Part shown: in pieces, positions 1 to 9,403 of the stretch
How the letters are laid out: each line of letters starts with the position of its first letter
Position numbering within the stretch: position 1 is the first letter of the stretch
Source: Candidatus Bathyarchaeia archaeon
GTDB taxonomy: Archaea > Thermoproteota > Bathyarchaeia > Bathyarchaeales > Bathycorpusculaceae
Direction: 5' to 3'
Assembly: GCA_038727135.1 (NCBI GenBank)
Contig: JAVYWL010000001.1
Coordinates: forward strand, 352,001 to 416,000
Length of the DNA stretch: 64,000 bases
Translations under genes and position numbers: made by a program
The notes under the pieces: model-generated
Database searches by the model: none
What the model was told of the DNA's origin: nothing
The model's input: only the letters and a program-made list of their open reading frames with translations

Positions 1-830
1 TGTCCAAGCTTTTTCTCTTTGACAAGGGGTTCTATGACTTCTGCGCATGGTTTGAAGCGCTCGCCATAAGCCTCGTAGAGGATTTTTCCAACCTCATAGG
101 CTATGTCAAGTCCGACGAAGTCTGCGAGTTCAAACCATCCCATTGGGAAGCCGCCACTATATTTGACAGAGGCATCTATGCCCTCCTTTGTTGCCTCGCC
201 ACGATGATAAGCCCAAAAAGCCTCGTTAAAAACTGCCCCGAGGACGCGGTTAACTATGAAGCCCCGCACATCCTTCTTGACAACCACCGGGGTTTTTCCA
301 AGTTTTTTCGCTAGCTCCACAAGGGTGTCTATTGTTTCTTGGCTTGTTTTCTCGCCCTTAATAACCTCTACCAGAGCCATCATTTGCGGCGGGTTGAAGA
401 AGTGCATTCCCGCCACTTTTTCTGGACGTTTTGTGGCGTTTCCCATCCCCGTTATGCTTAGGGTTGATGTGTTAGACGCTAAAATTGCGTGTGGTGGTGC
501 AATGCTGTCAAGTTTTGCGAAGACCTGCTTTTTAAGCTCCATGTTTTCTGGGACTGCCTCGATGGCTATGTCTATGTCTTTGGCTGCCTCCTCATAACTT
601 GTTGTTGTCTTTATTCTTGAAAGTGCAGCGTCTGCGTCCTCCTGCCTAATCCTTCTCTTTTCGACAAACTTGCCTAGGCTCCACTTAATTTTCTCCAAGC
701 CTTTCCGCAATAGTTCGTCGCTGATGTCCACCATTGCCACTTCTATACCGCCCATAGCTAAAAGCTGCGTTATTCCATGCCCCATTGCTCCAGAACCAAT
801 TACAGCGGCTTTCTTCAATTTTTCAGCCAA
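1..830 (-). CDS. 3-hydroxyacyl-CoA dehydrogenase (N-terminal part; gene runs off the left edge)
   Basis: Manual translation from TTG at 830: MAEKLKKAAVIGSGAMGHGITQ (Rossmann GxGxxG); later EAVPENMELKK, ASNTSTL, GMHFFNPP, KDVRGFIVNRV. Absent from the ORF track because there is no stop codon in the window. Confidence 0.9.
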   Translation of the reverse strand, partial: MAEKLKKAAVIGSGAMGHGITQLLAMGGIEVAMVDISDELLRKGLEKIKWSLGKFVEKRRIRQEDADAALSRIKTTTSYEEAAKDIDIAIEAVPENMELKKQVFAKLDSIAPPHAILASNTSTLSITGMGNATKRPEKVAGMHFFNPPQMMALVEVIKGEKTSQETIDTLVELAKKLGKTPVVVKKDVRGFIVNRVLGAVFNEAFWAYHRGEATKEGIDASVKYSGGFPMGWFELADFVGLDIAYEVGKILYEAYGERFKPCAEVIEPLVKEKKLG

Positions 831-934
831 ACAAATCCTCTCCCAACATAGAGTAAAATGGATAGATGGCATATGTAATAAAACTTTTGAGAATATGCAC
901 AAACTGTCAAGGAAAAATGAAGGGTGGGAACGGG

Positions 935-2083
935 TTACTTCATTAAAAAGTTGACTATTGTGAGCTTTTGTATTTCGCTTGTGCCTTCGTAGATCTCAGT
1001 TATTTTTGCACATCTATGGAACCGCTCTACATGGTAGTCTGCCAAATAGCCGTAGCCACCAAATATTTGAATGGCGTCGTCTGTGACTTCCATTGCTACG
1101 CGGCTTGCATAAGCTTTAGCCATCGAAGTTGCCGCTGGGTTGGGTTTTTCGTGGTCGTATATCCAAGCCGCTTTATACGTGAGTAGGCGGGCGGATTCAA
1201 TTTTCATGGCCATTTCAGCCAGCTTAAAAGAGACGCCTTGGAAGTTAATTATGGGCTGTCCGAACTGTTTGCGGGTTTTGGCATAGTTTAGGGCTTTTTC
1301 AAAGGCTCCTTGGGCTATGCCGACGGCTTGGGCAGCCACGGTTATGCGGGTTCCATCGAAAAGCTCAAGCGCGTAATAAAAGCCCCTGTTTAGCTCGCCC
1401 ACAAGGTTGCTTGCAGGCACGCGAAGGTCACTTAAAGCCAGCGAACCGGTGACACATGGTCTTATGCCCATTTTGCCATGAAGTTTTGTAGCCTCTAAGC
1501 CGGGCATGCCCTTTTCTGCTAAGAAAAGGCTTTGCCCACGGTGGGGTGGGGTGGCATTGGGGTCTGTTTGGCACAGGATTATGAAGGTGTCGGCTATTGG
1601 AGCGTTTGTTATGAACTGTTTTGAGCCGTTAATAACCCATTCGTCGCCTACTCTAACAGCTGTTGTGTCCATTTTGGTTATGTCACTTCCATGCTCTGGC
1701 TCTGTGAAGGCTGCAGCAGCGATTTTATCGCCTCTAGCCAGTGGTGGAATATACTTTTCCTTCTGCTCCTCTGTGCCGTGCTTGAGCAAGACGTCGGGGA
1801 CCATTAGGTTTCCGAGGGAGACAGCCACTCCTAATCCTGGGTCAACGCGGCAGAACTCTTCAACGACTAGGCATTCTTCTAGGACGCCATATCCTTGCCC
1901 ATCATATTCTTGAGGTATGCGCATGCTTGTAAAGCCTAGTTTGGCTGCTTTCCTGTAAAGCTCCATTGGAAACTCTTCTTTTTGGTCGTATTCTAGGGCT
2001 AATTCCGGTGTGAACTCTTTTTCTGCGAATTCGCGAGCAGCCCGTTTAATCTCCATCTGTTCCTCAGTTAGTTTAAAGTCCAT
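935..2083 (-). CDS. Acyl-CoA dehydrogenase
   Basis: FTEPEHGSD, WVINGSKQFITN, R-KQFG, QIFGGYGY and IYEGTSEIQ motifs. Confidence 0.95.
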   Translation of the reverse strand: MDFKLTEEQMEIKRAAREFAEKEFTPELALEYDQKEEFPMELYRKAAKLGFTSMRIPQEYDGQGYGVLEECLVVEEFCRVDPGLGVAVSLGNLMVPDVLLKHGTEEQKEKYIPPLARGDKIAAAAFTEPEHGSDITKMDTTAVRVGDEWVINGSKQFITNAPIADTFIILCQTDPNATPPHRGQSLFLAEKGMPGLEATKLHGKMGIRPCVTGSLALSDLRVPASNLVGELNRGFYYALELFDGTRITVAAQAVGIAQGAFEKALNYAKTRKQFGQPIINFQGVSFKLAEMAMKIESARLLTYKAAWIYDHEKPNPAATSMAKAYASRVAMEVTDDAIQIFGGYGYLADYHVERFHRCAKITEIYEGTSEIQKLTIVNFLMK

Positions 2084-2104
2084 GTGGACCCCTCCATTGC
2101 TAGG

Positions 2105-3094
2105 CTATGCTTTTTGAGCTTTTACCTCGCTAATTTTGTTTTTCAGCACTGGCACAACTTTGAACAAGTCTTCAACAACGCCATAGTCTGAAAAGCTGAA
2201 TATTGGCGCCTTCGGGTCTTTGTTCACAGCGATTATCAAGTCGGAGTTTTTCATTCCCAAGACATGCTGGAAGGCTCCGCTTATGCCTAGGGCTATGTAG
2301 AGCTTTGGCTTAACAGTTTTTCCAGAAGTCCCCACCTGCCGGTCGCTTGGAAGCCAACCCTTATCCACAATTGGACGCGAGCATGCCAGCACTCCACCCA
2401 GCATTTTTGCCAACTCTTCAACCATCGGTATGTTGCTCTGGTCTTTTATTCCCCTTCCAATGCCCACAAGCACCTCTGCCGATGTTATGTCAACGCCTCC
2501 GGGCGGTGGCAAAACATATTCTAGGAACCGTTTTGTGGCTATTTCCTCTGTTAGGGGTGATGGGACCTCAACTATTTGCCCGTTCACTGGTGTGAGTGGC
2601 TTTTGAGCTTGGAAGGCTGCTTGGCGCAATGTAACCATGTAGCTTTCAGCCTTGCGGAGCGCCGCCCTAACGTTTACTTTTCCGCCGTACATCTGCCTTG
2701 TAATGGTGAATGTGTCGCCTTCGAAAGCAAGGTCTATGCAGTCTGTCGCCAATGGAATGTTTAGGGCTGCTGCAAGTCTCGGGGCAAGCTCAACACCATA
2801 AGACGTGTGCCCAATAATCGTCAGCAGGGGCTTATGCTCTTTAATTAGGTGGAAAAGAACCTTTTGGTAGGCTTCAGAATTGAAGTTTTCAAGCTTTCCA
2901 TCCTCAACAAGCAGAACCTTTTTGGCGTGCTCAGCCAAGTTTTTGGCGTGCTCTTTGACGCCCTTGCCCAAAATAACAGCCACTGGTTCAGCATTTATTT
3001 TTTCGGCTAGTTCTCTGGCTTTGGTCAGCATTTCGAAGGTTATATCCCTTAACTGGCCTTGTCTATGCTCGGCTAAAACAAAGATTTCAGCCAT
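2105..3094 (-). CDS. etfA: Electron transfer flavoprotein alpha subunit
   Basis: ACSRP, QVGTSGKTVKP, GISGAFQH and AVNKDPKAPIF FAD-binding motifs. Confidence 0.95.
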   Translation of the reverse strand: MAEIFVLAEHRQGQLRDITFEMLTKARELAEKINAEPVAVILGKGVKEHAKNLAEHAKKVLLVEDGKLENFNSEAYQKVLFHLIKEHKPLLTIIGHTSYGVELAPRLAAALNIPLATDCIDLAFEGDTFTITRQMYGGKVNVRAALRKAESYMVTLRQAAFQAQKPLTPVNGQIVEVPSPLTEEIATKRFLEYVLPPPGGVDITSAEVLVGIGRGIKDQSNIPMVEELAKMLGGVLACSRPIVDKGWLPSDRQVGTSGKTVKPKLYIALGISGAFQHVLGMKNSDLIIAVNKDPKAPIFSFSDYGVVEDLFKVVPVLKNKISEVKAQKA

Positions 3095-3096
3095 AC

Positions 3097-3891
3097 CTAA
3101 ATCAGCCCCCTAGACTTTAGGATTTCAACAATTCTTGTGGCTATTTCATCTGGGCTTCCTTTGAGGAATTCTGCCTGCTTCTCCACTGGCGGGACATAAA
3201 GCTTTTCTATCCTAAGCCATGAGCCAGCCTCGCCCACATCGTTTTCGCTTAAGCCTATGTCCGCCAACCCCATGACTTTGACCTCCTTTTGCATAGCCTT
3301 CCGAATCCCCATGATGGAGACATAACGTGGCTCATTTATGCCCGTCTGGACAGCGAAAAGGGCTGGCAACTTAACTTCTAAGCGTTCTTCTAAGCCTCCC
3401 TCAAGTTCTCGGTTAACGATGGCTTTTCCATCGCTGAACTCAATCTTCTTAACCATAGTGGCGTGTGGAATGCCGAGCAGCTCGGCTAGGACTGGGCCGA
3501 CAACGGCACTTCCATCGTCGCTGGCCTGCGCCCCTGTTAGAATTAGGTCGAAGTGGAGGTTTTTGATTACGCTGTAAAGGATTTTCGCAGTGGCATAGGC
3601 ATCTGAACCAGCAAATTTCGGGTCTGTTAGGCGTATAGCCTTGTCGGCGCCACGGGCAAGGCATTTTCGCAGCGTGCTTTCAGAGTCTTCTTGTCCAACG
3701 GTTATGGCTGTGACTGTTCCGCCGAACTTCTCCTTTATGCGCACAGCCTCCTCCAGCGCGTAGTCGTCCCACTCGTTAATATCGTAGACCAAGCCAGCCT
3801 TTTCTATGCCCTTACCAGTCGCATCAATTTTGAGCTCCGCCTCTGCTGTTTCTGGAACATGCTTAACACAAACAATAATATCCAATCGCAT
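3097..3891 (-). CDS. etfB: Electron transfer flavoprotein beta subunit
   Basis: Start reassigned to ATG at 3891 (MRLDIIVCVKHVP) with AGGAG upstream; INEWDDYALEEA, GAQASD, INEPRY. Confidence 0.93.
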   Translation of the reverse strand: MRLDIIVCVKHVPETAEAELKIDATGKGIEKAGLVYDINEWDDYALEEAVRIKEKFGGTVTAITVGQEDSESTLRKCLARGADKAIRLTDPKFAGSDAYATAKILYSVIKNLHFDLILTGAQASDDGSAVVGPVLAELLGIPHATMVKKIEFSDGKAIVNRELEGGLEERLEVKLPALFAVQTGINEPRYVSIMGIRKAMQKEVKVMGLADIGLSENDVGEAGSWLRIEKLYVPPVEKQAEFLKGSPDEIATRIVEILKSRGLI

Positions 3892-4037
3892 TTCTCTCCT
3901 AAACCGGTTTTGAATTGTGTTGTACAAACTGTTATCATATATTTTTTGCCCGACTCCGCATGCCAATTTAATGTTAAACTCTGCCTTATCCAGCAAAGTC
4001 TTTATCAAACGGAAACCGTAATGGAAACGGAGAAAAC

Positions 4038-4868
4038 ATGAAAAAGGAGATCGACTGGCTGCCAATACTAATTCAGTGCAAAGACAACGTGAAGAAGCGG
4101 ATAACCCCACTTTTAAAGACTGCACGCAAACAACAGCAACCAAACCTCGGCATCGGGGCTGGCGGCGACCCAATAAAACAGATCGACATGGAGGCGGAAA
4201 AAGCCATAGTGGAAACCATTGTTGGACAAGGCATATCATTCACTTTGATAAGCGAGGAGTCCGGCATAAGGAAATACGGCGAAAACCCAAATGTAAATTA
4301 TGTGACAGCAGACCCAATAGATGGAACAACAAACCTAACGAGGGGCATACCATTCTACGCAACATCCATAGCAGTGTCAAAAAAGCCAGAACTGAACGCT
4401 GTTCACACGGCATTGGTGGCGGACCTCTTCCACGGCACAACATACACCGCCAAGAAAAATGAAGGAGCATATCGCAACCATGAGAAAATAGTTCCATCAA
4501 AACAGACAAGCTTGGATGACGCGGTGATAGGCATAGACCTAAACACTTACAAGGCACGTGAAATTGCACCACAACTAACAAGCCTAATTGAAAAGACGAA
4601 GCACATACGCCATCTGGGAGCCAATGCCCTAGAACTGTGCTACGTGGCTGACGGAACAACAGACGCCTTTATAGACATCCGCGGAAAACTTAGAACAACA
4701 GACACGGCGGCTGCATGGCTAATAATAAGGGAGGCTGGAGCATTAATCACAATGCCGGATGGGAAGCCTTTAAACGCCAAACTGGACCCGAGGGAAAGGC
4801 TAACCTTTGTGGCTTCCGCCAACCCACAAATCCACGAAAAAATTTTGAGTCTAATAAAAAGGAGTTGA
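4038..4868 (+). CDS. Inositol monophosphatase / fructose-1,6-bisphosphatase family protein
   Basis: ISEE, DPIDGTTN, RHLGANALELCYVADG, D-AAAWLIIREAG. Confidence 0.9.
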   Translation: MKKEIDWLPILIQCKDNVKKRITPLLKTARKQQQPNLGIGAGGDPIKQIDMEAEKAIVETIVGQGISFTLISEESGIRKYGENPNVNYVTADPIDGTTNLTRGIPFYATSIAVSKKPELNAVHTALVADLFHGTTYTAKKNEGAYRNHEKIVPSKQTSLDDAVIGIDLNTYKAREIAPQLTSLIEKTKHIRHLGANALELCYVADGTTDAFIDIRGKLRTTDTAAAWLIIREAGALITMPDGKPLNAKLDPRERLTFVASANPQIHEKILSLIKRS

Positions 4869-4877
4869 AACAGACCA

Positions 4878-5726
4878 ATGATAACGCCTTTGATGCCCCA
4901 CCCCGCCGCCCTCGTAAAGACTAAGGAAACAAGAGTGTTGGTTGTGGCGGATTTACACATAGGATGGGAAATAGCCCTATCAGAAAAGGGCATACACGTC
5001 CCAACACAAATGCCAAAACTCCTACAAAAACTAAAGACTCTCATAAGCTTGTATAAGCCGGAAAAACTTCTGATAGTAGGCGATGTTAAACACACGGTGG
5101 CAACAGCAGAAATAAGCGAGTGGCACGACGTCCCAGACTTCTTCACAGAACTAAAACCGCTCGTCCAAGAAATAAATGTAATCCGGGGAAACCACGACGG
5201 AAACCTAGACCCACTGCTCCCAGAAGGCATAAAAACCCTTCCATCCTCCGGCACTATCATAAGTGATGTGGGCTTTTTCCACGGCCACCGTTGGCCATCA
5301 CCAACACTTTTAAAATGCAAAACCCTTGTGATGGGGCATGTGCACCCAGTTGTGGGGTTCCGTGACCCCGCCGGATTTAGAATAACGAGGCAGGTTTGGG
5401 TTAAAGCAAAATGCAAAAAGGAACAGCTAACGAGGATTTTGCTGGAAAAGAATAAAATAAAAATTAAGAACAATCCGCAAGAAACACTGCTTAAACATTA
5501 TGGGGCCAAGCCCAGAACCTCCCAACTTTTCATAATGCCATCCTTCAACGAGTATTTAGGAGGAAAACCATTAAACGAGAAAAACTCTGGCGCAGAAAGG
5601 GAAAAGGGCGAAAAAATTGTTGGACCAATATTGAGAACGGATGCTGTTGACTTAGAAAATGCGGAAATCTACCTCTTGGACGGAACATTTCTCGGAACTT
5701 TAAACCAGCTTAAAGCATTAGCATAG
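4878..5726 (+). CDS. Calcineurin-like metallophosphoesterase
   Basis: DLHIG, GD, GNHD, HGH and GHVHP metal-binding motifs. Confidence 0.9.
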   Translation: MITPLMPHPAALVKTKETRVLVVADLHIGWEIALSEKGIHVPTQMPKLLQKLKTLISLYKPEKLLIVGDVKHTVATAEISEWHDVPDFFTELKPLVQEINVIRGNHDGNLDPLLPEGIKTLPSSGTIISDVGFFHGHRWPSPTLLKCKTLVMGHVHPVVGFRDPAGFRITRQVWVKAKCKKEQLTRILLEKNKIKIKNNPQETLLKHYGAKPRTSQLFIMPSFNEYLGGKPLNEKNSGAEREKGEKIVGPILRTDAVDLENAEIYLLDGTFLGTLNQLKALA

Positions 5727-5775
5727 CGCAAAGATTTTATAGACTGAGGCTTTCCACACTAAACTGGGTGGAAGA

Positions 5776-6372
5776 ATGCCTTCTGAAGAAGATTTTCCAG
5801 AATGGTTTAGGAGGAGACGCTTCCCATTCTTCGGAAGCTGGTTCTTTGAAGACATAGATAGAATGTTCAGAGAGATGGAGAGATGGATGGAAGAGGAGTT
5901 CAAAGAGTTCACAGCGAGAATCCCAAGGGATTATGTTAGGGAGCGCAAACTACCAGACGGTTCAACAATAAGGGAGTGGGGACCCTTCGTTTATGGCTAT
6001 AGCATAAAAATAGGACCGGACGGCAAACCAGAAATCAGAGAATTTGGAAACGTCAAGCCAACCCGTCTAGGACCAAAAGTTAAGGAGGAACGCGAACCAC
6101 TAGTGGACATAGTTGAGACAGACAACGAAATCCACGTTGTGGCTGAACTACCAGGCGTTGAAAAAGAGGACATCAAGCTTCACGGCACAGAAGATACACT
6201 AACAATAAGCGTGGACACACCACAACGCAAATACTATAAGGAGTTGACGCTCCCGGCGAAGGTCAATGTGAAAGAAGCGAAAACCCAGTATAAGAACGGG
6301 GTTTTAGAGGTCAAGCTTCCAAAGATAAAGGAAGAAAAGAAGCCGAAAGGTGAGCCAATAAAAATCGAGTAG
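5776..6372 (+). CDS. Small heat shock protein Hsp20 (archaeal type)
   Basis: GPFVYGYSI-IGPDGKP, AELPGV, YKNGVLEV and C-terminal IKIE (IxI) motif. Confidence 0.93.
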   Translation: MPSEEDFPEWFRRRRFPFFGSWFFEDIDRMFREMERWMEEEFKEFTARIPRDYVRERKLPDGSTIREWGPFVYGYSIKIGPDGKPEIREFGNVKPTRLGPKVKEEREPLVDIVETDNEIHVVAELPGVEKEDIKLHGTEDTLTISVDTPQRKYYKELTLPAKVNVKEAKTQYKNGVLEVKLPKIKEEKKPKGEPIKIE

Positions 6373-6405
6373 AAAAGCAAGCAGCATGTCAAAGCTTGTG
6401 CATCC

Positions 6406-6816
6406 ATGAGCGCAGACTCCGAAGACAATATTTTGAATGCTATATGCAAAGAGGTTAAGGCAGAAGGCAAACTTACAGGGAAAAATCTCACAAGGCTTTA
6501 CGAGGCGTTTGGGTCACGTTTCACAAAGGCGTTCGAAGCTCTAAAGGAAAATAGGGTGAAAAAGTACACTTTCAAACCCAGCGGAAGAGTTGTTTGGGTG
6601 GTTGTCGGCAAGGAACGCGACTATTTAATAATGCCGGACGCTGAGTTCTGCACATGCGACGACTTCTACTTCCGAGTTCTGGACAGAAAAATTCACCTAT
6701 GCTATCATTTGATAGCCCAGAAAATAGCCAACATCCTCGAATGGTACGAGAAAATAGAGGAACACGACGAATTATACGAAACGCTAATGAGGGAGTGGAA
6801 GAAACCAACTCTTTAA
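6406..6816 (+). CDS. SWIM zinc-finger domain protein
   Basis: CTCDDF...CYH (CxC-xn-CxH). Confidence 0.75.
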   Translation: MSADSEDNILNAICKEVKAEGKLTGKNLTRLYEAFGSRFTKAFEALKENRVKKYTFKPSGRVVWVVVGKERDYLIMPDAEFCTCDDFYFRVLDRKIHLCYHLIAQKIANILEWYEKIEEHDELYETLMREWKKPTL

Positions 6817-6860
6817 ATACCACAACTTAGAACTAGGAGAGCATGTAAAAGGGATTCACA

Positions 6861-6983
6861 ATGGCATTAGGTATTGGAGAATACTTTGAAATCCTCAAAT
6901 ATGTGCTGATGACAACAACATTCGTTGTCCTAGTCCTAATATTCCTACACATATTCTACGGAAGAGAGGAAAAGAAAAGCTAA
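6861..6983 (+). CDS. Small single-pass membrane protein, 40 aa (not in ORF track)
   Basis: ATG6861 to TAA6983 = MALGIGEYFEILKYVLMTTTFVVLVLIFLHIFYGREEKKS; hydrophobic core with charged tail; fills the intergenic gap. Confidence 0.6.
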   Translation: MALGIGEYFEILKYVLMTTTFVVLVLIFLHIFYGREEKKS

Positions 6984-6998
6984 ACAAAACAGTTTATC

Positions 6999-7283
6999 TC
7001 AACTTCTCCTTCGCCAAAACATAAAGAACAGTATAACGCTTAAAATTCCAAGAATTATAGAAAACAAAACAAGCCATATAGCGGCTGGACCAGCACCAAA
7101 AACTATGGGAATAGGTCCTATAAGTATAAATCCGCCAAAACTGCTCGTGCCTTCACCAAAAAGCAGTGCGGCAACCACCGTTATTATTATGCCCACCAAG
7201 ATTATGAAAAAGCCTATAAAGAACAGCATTATAAAGCGTTTAATCCATCCGTTTTCTTCGCTTTCATCTTCTCTTGATACCAT
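6999..7283 (-). CDS. DUF131-family small membrane protein
   Basis: GGFILIGPIPIVFG motif between TM helices. Confidence 0.75.
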   Translation of the reverse strand: MVSREDESEENGWIKRFIMLFFIGFFIILVGIIITVVAALLFGEGTSSFGGFILIGPIPIVFGAGPAAIWLVLFSIILGILSVILFFMFWRRRS

Positions 7284-7289
7284 CTAATT

Positions 7290-7562
7290 TCACCTACCCA
7301 AAAAATAAAGCACTATAAAAACTATGAAGAGAAGCACTGTGAGGGCTATCGAAAGCCACAAAACAGTCCTGACAGACTCCTTATCGCTGCCGAAGACTAT
7401 TGGAAGAGGCCCAATAATTAATGCTCCACCACCTCGCGCCCTCCCACTTTTTATGCTTGAAAAGAAAAGCAGAACAAAGGCTGCGAGGACAACTATAACG
7501 CCTATGAAAATTATGACGATGCCCAACTCGTAAAGCAAACCAGCATCCAGCGTCAAAGCCAT
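7290..7562 (-). CDS. DUF131-family small membrane protein (tandem paralog)
   Basis: GGGALIIGPLPIVFGSD motif. Confidence 0.78.
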   Translation of the reverse strand: MALTLDAGLLYELGIVIIFIGVIVVLAAFVLLFFSSIKSGRARGGGALIIGPLPIVFGSDKESVRTVLWLSIALTVLLFIVFIVLYFLGR

Positions 7563-7608
7563 CCTTTATCCAATTCACGCCTTAACATTAACAGACTTTT
7601 AAGCATTT

Positions 7609-8880
7609 TTAAATGGAGAACGGGAGAAAGTAAACCAACAAGGCGGTTGCATAAGTCGCTATGAAGGACGGAGTCACATACTTGTAAACCTTGCTCAAAG
7701 GACTTTTGAAGTAGTCAGCCGTAAAAGTAAAGCAAAGATGAGTAGGCGAAATAGTATATCCAAGATAGGCACTAATATACAAAAGCGCAGCAGTTTTCGC
7801 CGAAAAAGTTAGAACGCCTGTTAAAATCGGCACACTTATGGCTATTGCCCCGTGCGGAGAGCCTGTGAGAAAACCCAAAACCGCTGGAATTACTGTTAGC
7901 AGTATAACTGCGTCTACGCTTCCATTAGCAACAAACCGTTTGAAAACATCAGAAACTCCGGCAGCGGCAATCACGTTGCGAAGTAGAAAAGCTCCATAAA
8001 CAGCCAAAGTCACCCCATAAGTTCCCCAACCCCTAAGCGGTTTCACCAGCACTTCGAAGTTTAGACGGGAAATTACGGCTAAAACCACCACCCCCGCAAA
8101 AGTCGCTAAAAGAACATCAAACCCTAACCTAGACAAACCATAGCTCAAAGCACCTATAAAAACAGCCACAACAATAGTTACCATTATAGGGGAGAACGAG
8201 ATGATAAAACGTTTAAACTCCAAACCAGCTTCACCTTTTGCCGTTTCAAATTTTTCTTCGCTTTTTACGCTTGGAACTTTCCAGAAACCCACCAAAAAGC
8301 CAACAATAACCATAACTGTAACCGTTGGAATTTGAAGCAAAATAATGGAAAATAGGGATACCCCAGTTAAGGCAGCCGTCACTATCAGCACTTGGCTTAA
8401 CGGATAAACAGGAAAAATCGTGTGCCTAAACCACAAATTCACATAAGCCTTCCGCTCCGCCTTCAATTTCAACTTTTCAGCCTCCGAATCCACTATGGGA
8501 GCCGACATCAAAGCCCCACCGGCCACTTGAAGGAAACCTATCACAGCTGGAAGCACGCTTAAGACAATCTTTGGATTCTTAACAAGACGGCTCAAGCTCT
8601 CGCTTAATTTTGTGATTTCCCCAGTCTCCTTGTAAAGTTGGCTCAACCACATTATACCAAACGTCGTAAGAATAACCGATATCGCAAGGAGCCCCTCACA
8701 TCTTAAGGGATTAACAGTTGCATAGACTATGCTTGGGATACTCCACCAATCCAACGAAAGCAGAGCCAAAAGAACAGCCGTTGCGTTTAAGGTTATTCCC
8801 AAATTAACATGCCTATAAAGCAAAACGCCAAGGAAGCAAAAGGAAACAACCACAGATATCAACGGATCCAGCAGTCCCAA
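7609..8880 (-). CDS. DUF401-family polytopic membrane protein (putative transporter)
   Basis: Many TM segments; PAVIG..GGALMSAP, NLWFRH, SPTHLC motifs. Confidence 0.8.
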   Translation of the reverse strand: MGLLDPLISVVVSFCFLGVLLYRHVNLGITLNATAVLLALLSLDWWSIPSIVYATVNPLRCEGLLAISVILTTFGIMWLSQLYKETGEITKLSESLSRLVKNPKIVLSVLPAVIGFLQVAGGALMSAPIVDSEAEKLKLKAERKAYVNLWFRHTIFPVYPLSQVLIVTAALTGVSLFSIILLQIPTVTVMVIVGFLVGFWKVPSVKSEEKFETAKGEAGLEFKRFIISFSPIMVTIVVAVFIGALSYGLSRLGFDVLLATFAGVVVLAVISRLNFEVLVKPLRGWGTYGVTLAVYGAFLLRNVIAAAGVSDVFKRFVANGSVDAVILLTVIPAVLGFLTGSPHGAIAISVPILTGVLTFSAKTAALLYISAYLGYTISPTHLCFTFTADYFKSPLSKVYKYVTPSFIATYATALLVYFLPFSI

Positions 8881-8968
8881 TCAAGGCATCCCTTTCAAAC
8901 ATTTAAAAACCAAAATATACGCCAAACACTTAATCCTTTCCATAAAACAACACACAAGGCGTGGTCGC

Positions 8969-9403
8969 ATGAAAGGAAAAGCCTTCATCTCCGGACCAAT
9001 CCAAGGCATGGAAACAAAACAATCCTATAGAGAAACCATAAGACGCATCTGCATCCGCTGCGGATACGAGCCAATTGACCCATGGCAACGCGAAAAAATA
9101 ATCTACAAAGGCACAGAAAACGGCTGGTGGCAAAAAGTACCAGCAGCAGACTTCATAAAAAGGGATTTAGAAGACATAGAAAAATGCGACATCCTAATCG
9201 CCTACATGCCAAAACTCTCAGCCGGAACATGCATGGAACTCTTCTACGCAAAAATGAAAGGGAAGAAAACCATATGCATATGCAAAATCAAAAACCCAAG
9301 CCCGTGGATAACCACCCACTCAGACATAATTCTCAAGGAAATTAGACAACTCGAACAAACATTAAAAGCCACACCCTCTTGTGACAAGGTCCCAAAGGCT
9401 TAA
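8969..9403 (+). CDS. Nucleoside 2-deoxyribosyltransferase-like / nucleotide N-hydrolase
   Basis: FISGP, RDLEDIEKCDILIA and SAGTCMEL motifs. Confidence 0.8.
   Translation: MKGKAFISGPIQGMETKQSYRETIRRICIRCGYEPIDPWQREKIIYKGTENGWWQKVPAADFIKRDLEDIEKCDILIAYMPKLSAGTCMELFYAKMKGKKTICICKIKNPSPWITTHSDIILKEIRQLEQTLKATPSCDKVPKA

Noticed and set aside
3892-4239. N-terminal extension of etfB in the ORF track (380 aa)
   Set aside because: It overlaps the divergent IMPase gene; EtfB similarity and an SD begin at ATG3891.
4640-5473. Long antisense ORFs (4640-5473, 256-597, 55697-56185, 58040-58516 and similar)
   Set aside because: They are shadows of well-supported genes on the opposite strand and have no recognisable motifs.
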